A stretch of 28,868 nt of DNA, from positions 1 to 28,868 of the IMG/VR virus record IMGVR_UViG_3300025368_000017. One strand, given 5' to 3'. A model generated the notes under the pieces. It had not been told where the DNA came from. It searched no databases and saw nothing but the letters and a program-made list of their open reading frames with translations. Numbering within the stretch: the first letter of the stretch is position 1; every line of letters starts with the position of its first letter. Of this stretch, positions 24,587 through 28,868 are shown piece after piece. The translations under genes and the position numbers were made by a program. This DNA comes from a virus (Duplodnaviria > Caudoviricetes).

Positions 24587-24761
24587 TATTTCCCCCGAAA
24601 ATAGTTGCAAAATCTTCAAAGATGTTGTGAAGCGCAGATTCCGCCTTATGCGATCTAGGTTTTCCGCAAGCGTGTCTGATGATCTCAATATCTTCACTCG
24701 TTAGACAATCAAACTCCATGTTTGTCAATGCTTCTTCCAGCTTTTGTTCAAATTCATCCAT
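24573..24761 (-). CDS. Hypothetical protein, first gene of the leftward operon (62 aa, MDEFEQKLEEAL...)
   Basis: ATG 24761 with RBS AGGGGG. The longer track ORF runs through the promoter region. Confidence 0.7.
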   Translation of the reverse strand: MDEFEQKLEEALTNMEFDCLTSEDIEIIRHACGKPRSHKAESALHNIFEDFATIFGGNNGSK

Positions 24762-24790
24762 ATGACCCCCTTTGTTTAATGGATAATAAT

Positions 24791-24840
24791 ATATTAAACT
24801 ATTTCTAATACTTGTGCAATTATTTTTTATGGTATATTTT
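24791..24840. promoter_or_regulatory. Overlapping divergent sigma70-type promoters
   Basis: Leftward TTGCAC (24819-24814)-17 nt-TAATAT. Rightward extended -10 TGgTATATT (24830-24838) with TTGTGC upstream. AT-rich and at the strand switch. Confidence 0.6.
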
Positions 24841-24842
24841 AG

Positions 24843-25076
24843 GCGTGGTAGGTTTTGACTGGCGGCTCTAACGACATCGTAGCGGTCAAAATACAAGCGT
24901 TACTAGAGGGAAGATGCTGAAATAGCGCAATAACGGTGGCGAAGCTAGTGCCGTTGCATCGAATGACTGGCGAGGGATGCGATTCCGCAATGGATAACAT
25001 TTAAAGGCAAATCTAGGTAGGCTAGGTTTGCTCAAACCGCTTGGAAGGTGTTTTAATCCTAGTAACTTACTACTGC
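24843..25076 (+). ncRNA. Candidate multi-stem structured ncRNA (~230 nt)
   Basis: Nested helices: 24845-51/25067-73, 24853-61/24883-91, 24899-906/25059-66, 24932-38/24949-55, 24956-60/24976-80 and 25007-16/25022-31. Begins right after the rightward promoter. No credible ORF. Confidence 0.65.
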
Positions 25077-25089
25077 TATAGGAATAAAT

Positions 25090-25272
25090 ATGACAAGAGA
25101 AGAAATGCTGGTTGATCTACTAAGCAAAGCCGAAGAAGAAATTAAACTTCTTAAAAAACAAACCGATTTTTTGCGTAAAGAAATTGCCGCTAATCGTCAA
25201 TTGACCAATATGCTTGCTGGCCAAGTATTTAAAACCAATAAAAATGAAAATACAAATAACTACCCTTTTTGA
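25090..25272 (+). CDS. Small coiled-coil hypothetical protein
   Basis: RBS AGGA. First ORF after the structured RNA. Confidence 0.7.
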   Translation: MTREEMLVDLLSKAEEEIKLLKKQTDFLRKEIAANRQLTNMLAGQVFKTNKNENTNNYPF

Positions 25273-25528
25273 AAACCCCGATGGGTCAGCCGACATCATG
25301 GTAGATTATGATGATGATGGGTTAAAAATGTTGATTCAATATGGAATCACCGCAATCGTGAAGGAAGCAATTGAATGTTCGAGGAATTCTGGGTCAGTTA
25401 TCCAAAAAAAGTCGGGAAAGCGGATGCAAGAAAAGCGTTTAGCAAGCTCACAGAAGAACAAAAAAGTGCCGCAATTAGCGCCATTGAAACGCACAAGCAA
25501 TTCTGGAAAATCAAGCAAACAGAAATAG
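25244..25528 (+). CDS. Hypothetical protein (MKIQITTLFENPDGSAD...)
   Basis: Plausible N-terminal ~45 aa. The 3' part overlaps the replication gene by 154 nt. Confidence 0.55.
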   Translation: MKIQITTLFENPDGSADIMVDYDDDGLKMLIQYGITAIVKEAIECSRNSGSVIQKKSGKRMQEKRLASSQKNKKVPQLAPLKRTSNSGKSSKQK

Positions 25529-25761
25529 ATTACATTCCCTATCCAGCAACTTGGTTGCGTGGTGAACGATGGGAAGATGAACTTGATTTACAACCTAAGC
25601 AAATAAAAAAGCCCGAATTACCCTGGTATTCGACAGATGAACTAACTTTGAAAAAAGGCGAAGAACTTGGACTTAGACCGCAAATCGGTGAAACCTTTGG
25701 GCAATTCAGACAACGAATATCGGGTGCAATGCACCGTCAGGCAACTAATAATTTGGCGTAG
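25375..25761 (+). CDS. Phage replication protein, C-terminal-domain-only
   Basis: FEEFWVSYPKKVGKADARKAF..YIPYPATWLRGERWEDE is the conserved C-terminal module of lambdoid replication initiators. RBS AAGGA. Confidence 0.72.
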   Translation: MFEEFWVSYPKKVGKADARKAFSKLTEEQKSAAISAIETHKQFWKIKQTEIDYIPYPATWLRGERWEDELDLQPKQIKKPELPWYSTDELTLKKGEELGLRPQIGETFGQFRQRISGAMHRQATNNLA

Positions 25762-25921
25762 GGCGTGGGGATTAAAAGTTTTTAGGCAATACATAGATAA
25801 AACCAAGTTTGATAGTCATGTTTGGGATTTATACTATGAGCAATTCAAACTGGGTAATCAAGGAAGGCCATCAGAATGGTTGAACAATACATCGTTGCCG
25901 CAACAGGAGTTGGCTATTTGA
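25667..25921 (+). CDS. Hypothetical protein (start uncertain: 25688 GTG or 25697 TTG)
   Basis: EYRVQCTVRQLIIWR..EQFKLGNQG..EWL. Fills the gap after the replication gene. Confidence 0.55.
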   Translation: MDLDRKSVKPLGNSDNEYRVQCTVRQLIIWRRAWGLKVFRQYIDKTKFDSHVWDLYYEQFKLGNQGRPSEWLNNTSLPQQELAI

Positions 25922-26022
25922 TTACTGGGTTGTTACAATTGCAAAAGGGGGCATATGCAAACGCAATTATTTGGATTGGATATGCAATAGGACAAACAGG
26001 TTTATTTTTAAACATTAAATGA
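25876..26022 (+). CDS. 48-aa two-TM membrane protein, not in ORF track
   Basis: MVEQYIVAATGVGYLITGLLQLQKGAYANAIIWIGYAIGQTGLFLNIK. ATGA overlap with the next gene. Confidence 0.65.
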   Translation: MVEQYIVAATGVGYLITGLLQLQKGAYANAIIWIGYAIGQTGLFLNIK

Positions 26023-26342
26023 ATATTACAGAAAAAGAAGCTGGGCAAGCATTAGAATACTTGTCCGATAGCGATGAAACTCATGCAGAGTTAGAATATA
26101 ACTACAAACTTTCAGAAGAACGGATTAAACAGGCGAAGGCCCATGCGTTTTTGCTGGCCGAAGGCACGGTTGCTGAACGCCAGGCTAAAGCAGAAATTGA
26201 TCCTAAAACAAAATTGGCCATTGAAGAATGGGCAGATGCTTTAAAAGAGTTTAAAAATTTGACCAACACACGGAACACTCAAATACGCATTACTGAAATG
26301 TTCCAAACATTAAGCGCAAACCGCAGAAAAGGAAATATATGA
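26019..26342 (+). CDS. Helical hypothetical protein (weakly UvsY-like)
   Basis: All-helical 107 aa, GTVAERQAKAE..FQTLSANRRK. Function is a guess. Confidence 0.65.
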   Translation: MNITEKEAGQALEYLSDSDETHAELEYNYKLSEERIKQAKAHAFLLAEGTVAERQAKAEIDPKTKLAIEEWADALKEFKNLTNTRNTQIRITEMFQTLSANRRKGNI

Positions 26343-26515
26343 TCGTAGATTACGCTGAACCAATGATTAAAATGGCCATCCTAACCCGTAAGTTGCACGA
26401 TGCCTTTTTGAAAAATCAACGATCTGATGCGGTTCTGTTATCTAGCGACATTGTAGATATTGCACAAGAATTAGAAGATTTGGCACTACATCTTGAAAAA
26501 CAAAGAACGCATTAA
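26339..26515 (+). CDS. 58-aa hypothetical protein, not in ORF track
   Basis: MIVDYAEPMIKMAILTRKLHDAFL... RBS AAGGA and ATGA overlap. Confidence 0.7.
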   Translation: MIVDYAEPMIKMAILTRKLHDAFLKNQRSDAVLLSSDIVDIAQELEDLALHLEKQRTH

Positions 26516-26777
26516 AAACGACAGAATTGCACGGCTTGGTTGTATCTTATGTTGGCATAGAGGTTTTGAAGATACACCAGCCGAATTGCATCATGTTCGT
26601 ACTGGTAATATTCCCCGAAAGTTAGCACCAGTTATTCCGTTATGCCCAGAACATCATCGTGGCAATACTGGAATTCATGCTGGTAAACAATCGTTTGTAA
26701 AGCGATTTGGTGTTGATGAACAAGATTTACTAAAAATGGTAAATCAGATATTACAACTCCAGGGGATCGAATCCTAA
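26493..26777 (+). CDS. Ref-like RecA-dependent HNH nuclease
   Basis: LGCILC..TPAELHHVR..VIPLCPEHHRG..GIH..FG..EQDLL follows the P1 Ref family pattern. Confidence 0.8.
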   Translation: MKNKERIKNDRIARLGCILCWHRGFEDTPAELHHVRTGNIPRKLAPVIPLCPEHHRGNTGIHAGKQSFVKRFGVDEQDLLKMVNQILQLQGIES

Positions 26778-27104
26778 TTCATGTGCAACCATTTTGCACC
26801 GTGTTCTAAATGCTTTTCCATGATGCGCCCATTTATCACCTTTAAGACGGTGAAAAGACATATGTACGGCTTCATGGGCGAGGGTAGTTAGGGTTGTATA
26901 CAGATGGCCACATCTGGCCGCTGAAACTGTAATGGTATGTGCATAATCTTCGCCAGTATCGTGCATATATGTGCCAAGCGCATCTTTGTCATAAGTTACT
27001 TGAAAATCAATTTCTTCTGGCAATGGCATTTTCCATTTTGTAAATGGATAGCAACAATATAGCGTTGCGTACAGATTGCGTAAAATTTCAGGACTAAGTT
27101 TCAC
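26751..27104 (-). CDS. SprT-like zinc metalloprotease
   Basis: TLAHEAVH (HExxH) plus downstream HGKAF. Confidence 0.78.
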   Translation of the reverse strand: MKLSPEILRNLYATLYCCYPFTKWKMPLPEEIDFQVTYDKDALGTYMHDTGEDYAHTITVSAARCGHLYTTLTTLAHEAVHMSFHRLKGDKWAHHGKAFRTRCKMVAHELGFDPLEL

Positions 27105-27838
27105 GATAGATGGGTCAGTTTTGCGTGTTTAACTAATGATTGCCGATCTTTACTCCAAGAGCCACAAGCCTTGCATGAATATCTTTGGTATGTTCCCGTT
27201 GTTGTGTAAGTCAAACCACGACTTAACAATGCTGGTTTACCACAAGTAGGGCAAGACATTCTATTGCTGGTTATTGCTTGGTTAATTGGTGATTTGATCC
27301 ACGGCAACAATCTGTAATATAACTTTTCAAGCAACATTACATCTTGCACATTATATTCTTCCATAATCTTCCATGCTTTAGGGTCATTATTCATACATTT
27401 AACCCACAAAATATGACCTTCATGCTCTTTTTTCTGGCCTAAACCTAATCTCTGAGCTACATAATCTAATTTATTACTTGGAAATCTAAACTGCGATCTA
27501 ACAGTTCGTAATAAATCAATTTGTTTATATGGTGATGGTGGTTTCATCTTATGCACAATAAATTCTTTGTTCAATGTAGGAATATCAAACTTAGTTCCGT
27601 TGTAATGCACGACTGCATCGGCTTGATCTAACATTTCGTGAATATTGAACAACATTTCTTTTGATGTATTGCGATATGTAGAATCAAAATACACATCTTT
27701 TTCGCCAAGCCATTTTGCTGAATAACATAGCGTATATGATGATTCTAGTAATTGCGATAACCCCACATTTTGTTGCCAAATACCCCAAACATGGGCTACA
27801 TTGGGGCTTGTTTCTATATCCAGAAGTAATATCCGCAT
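27101..27838 (-). CDS. RNase H-like DEDDy 3'-5' exonuclease with C-terminal zinc ribbon
   Basis: LLLDIETSP, HYNGTKFDIP, NKLDYVAQ, YNVQDV, and CPTCG..CKACG. Confidence 0.88.
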   Translation of the reverse strand: MRILLLDIETSPNVAHVWGIWQQNVGLSQLLESSYTLCYSAKWLGEKDVYFDSTYRNTSKEMLFNIHEMLDQADAVVHYNGTKFDIPTLNKEFIVHKMKPPSPYKQIDLLRTVRSQFRFPSNKLDYVAQRLGLGQKKEHEGHILWVKCMNNDPKAWKIMEEYNVQDVMLLEKLYYRLLPWIKSPINQAITSNRMSCPTCGKPALLSRGLTYTTTGTYQRYSCKACGSWSKDRQSLVKHAKLTHLS

Positions 27839-27893
27839 GGCAACCTTTTATGTTAAAGTTTGCATAATAATAACGCACATTTAAGACAAATCA

Positions 27894-28205
27894 ATGGGTT
27901 ACGCAAAACGCACAGACAAAAATCAACAAGAAATTGTTGATGCACTACGAAAGCATGGCGCAGTTGTTGTAGATTGTTCCAAAATTGGTCAGGGATTCCC
28001 AGATTTGGTTGTGGGCTATCAAAATAAACATACTATCCTGATGGAAGTAAAATCGACACCTAAGGCATTGCACACTAAGCCACAATTGGCTTTTTTGGCC
28101 AAATGGACTGGTGGCCCGTTAGTTCGGGTTGATAATGTGGAATCCGCATTGCGGGTATTAAGGATGATTGATGAGCCTGGCGAAGAAACCCAAGAAACCA
28201 TCTAA
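27894..28205 (+). CDS. VRR-NUC-like PD-(D/E)XK endonuclease / resolvase
   Basis: DKNQQEIVDALR..GFPDLVVG..LMEVK..TKPQLAF. Confidence 0.82.
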   Translation: MGYAKRTDKNQQEIVDALRKHGAVVVDCSKIGQGFPDLVVGYQNKHTILMEVKSTPKALHTKPQLAFLAKWTGGPLVRVDNVESALRVLRMIDEPGEETQETI

Positions 28206-28467
28206 AAGTTTAAAACACACTCATGTTCATGGGCCAGTTACTAAACACATCAAAAATGTTGAAAAAATGCCATTACAGCACCATGAAAAACTACATGGTG
28301 TTAAGCATATTGCTAATAAGCCGAAAGAGCCTATACATCATCATTTGCATTTGGCTGGCATTAAAAAAATTAAATCTGCTCATCCACATATGCCAAAGTC
28401 TTATTTTGCAACGCCACCGCCAAAACTTGCCAAAGCCCATTTACCAAGAAAACCAAAAAAGGTATAA
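28171..28467 (+). CDS. His/Lys/Pro-rich basic low-complexity protein
   Basis: ATG 28171 with RBS AAGGA. Fills the gap between neighbours. By hand count: 22 K, 15 H, 13 P and only 3 acidic residues. Confidence 0.6.
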   Translation: MSLAKKPKKPSKSLKHTHVHGPVTKHIKNVEKMPLQHHEKLHGVKHIANKPKEPIHHHLHLAGIKKIKSAHPHMPKSYFATPPPKLAKAHLPRKPKKV

Positions 28468-28490
28468 TAGATCATCAAAAAGGATAAGAC

Positions 28491-28739
28491 ATGGCAAATG
28501 CGGCAAACAAAGTAAGACAAACTTTTGTAGAAAAATCAGCTTCTCTAACACTACAAGACATTCGGTTAGCCAATCCCGATCTAAAGCCTAACGAAATTTC
28601 GATGGCATTGTGTTATTTGCGAAAAGCACGACATTTAAGCCGTGATTTGATCGATTCCACATCAAAAGGCAGAAAACAAGTATGGCTTTACACTTATTAC
28701 GACAAAAAACTGCCAAAGGATCAATATGCCAGTAGTTAA
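28491..28739 (+). CDS. Winged helix-turn-helix DNA-binding-like protein
   Basis: LTLQDIR..LKPNEISMALCYLRK..LSR..VWLYTY. RBS AAGGA. Confidence 0.6.
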   Translation: MANAANKVRQTFVEKSASLTLQDIRLANPDLKPNEISMALCYLRKARHLSRDLIDSTSKGRKQVWLYTYYDKKLPKDQYASS

Positions 28740-28868
28740 GAAATCAGATGGTTGGTATTGGGGATCAAAAGGCCCATTTGCGACCAAATCTAAAGCCATG
28801 CAAATTGCGGTTGCCGCCCACGCCAGCGGATTTAAAGAAGAAGGCAAGAAAAAAGGCGCAATGACATT
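28726..28868 (+). CDS. Hypothetical protein (3' partial), MPVVKKSDGWYWGSKGPFATK...
   Basis: RBS AAGGA. Open to the window end. Confidence 0.65.
   Translation, partial: MPVVKKSDGWYWGSKGPFATKSKAMQIAVAAHASGFKEEGKKKGAMT

Noticed and set aside
24587-24896. Long N-terminal extensions of track ORFs 24137..24697 and 24573..24896
   Set aside because: Better ATG starts with RBSs at 24586 and 24761. The extensions overlap another gene or the promoters.
24843-25076. tRNA, tmRNA or hammerhead ribozyme
   Set aside because: No T-loop GTTCRA, CCA end or tag reading frame, and no CUGAUGA/GAAA core found by eye.
28223-28591. 122-aa alternative + ORF
   Set aside because: Overlaps both the His-rich ORF and the wHTH gene and lacks an RBS.
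1-28868. Alternative genetic code or stop-codon reassignment
   Set aside because: Genes tile densely under code 11 and end in normal TAA, TGA or TAG, with no systematic fragmentation.

Overview
This window is about 29 kb of an AT-rich, tailed dsDNA phage genome with a siphovirus-type tail. The host is Gram-negative, because Rz/Rz1 spanins are present. The + strand from 1 to 20463 is the late operon. It runs from the C-terminus of an HK97-fold major capsid protein through neck and tail genes, a lambda G/GT-type -1 frameshift (GGGAAAG), a 638-aa tape measure, tail-tip genes and two paralogous glycine-rich fibre domains. It continues with a 1299-aa Gly-X-Ser repeat fibre, a methyltransferase/GT2/split-GT9 cassette directly behind it, and a holin-spanin-GH108 lysis cassette. 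The - strand from 20432 to 24761 is a leftward early operon with ERF recombinase, an SSB-like protein, a PD-(D/E)XK exonuclease and many small ORFs. From 25090 to the end is a rightward replication/nin-like region containing an inverted exonuclease + SprT pair. No integrase or repressor is visible. The most interesting candidates are: (1) a ~230-nt highly paired RNA where the cI/cro switch would normally sit, upstream of a replication protein that appears to lack its N-terminal domain; (2) a hairpin RNA whose loop is complementary to several GGGGG-type ribosome-binding sites of its own operon; (3) a putative virion-fibre glycosylation system; (4) a moron-like gene with an FNR-type box at a class II position. 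All protein calls come from motif recognition and synteny, not database searches.
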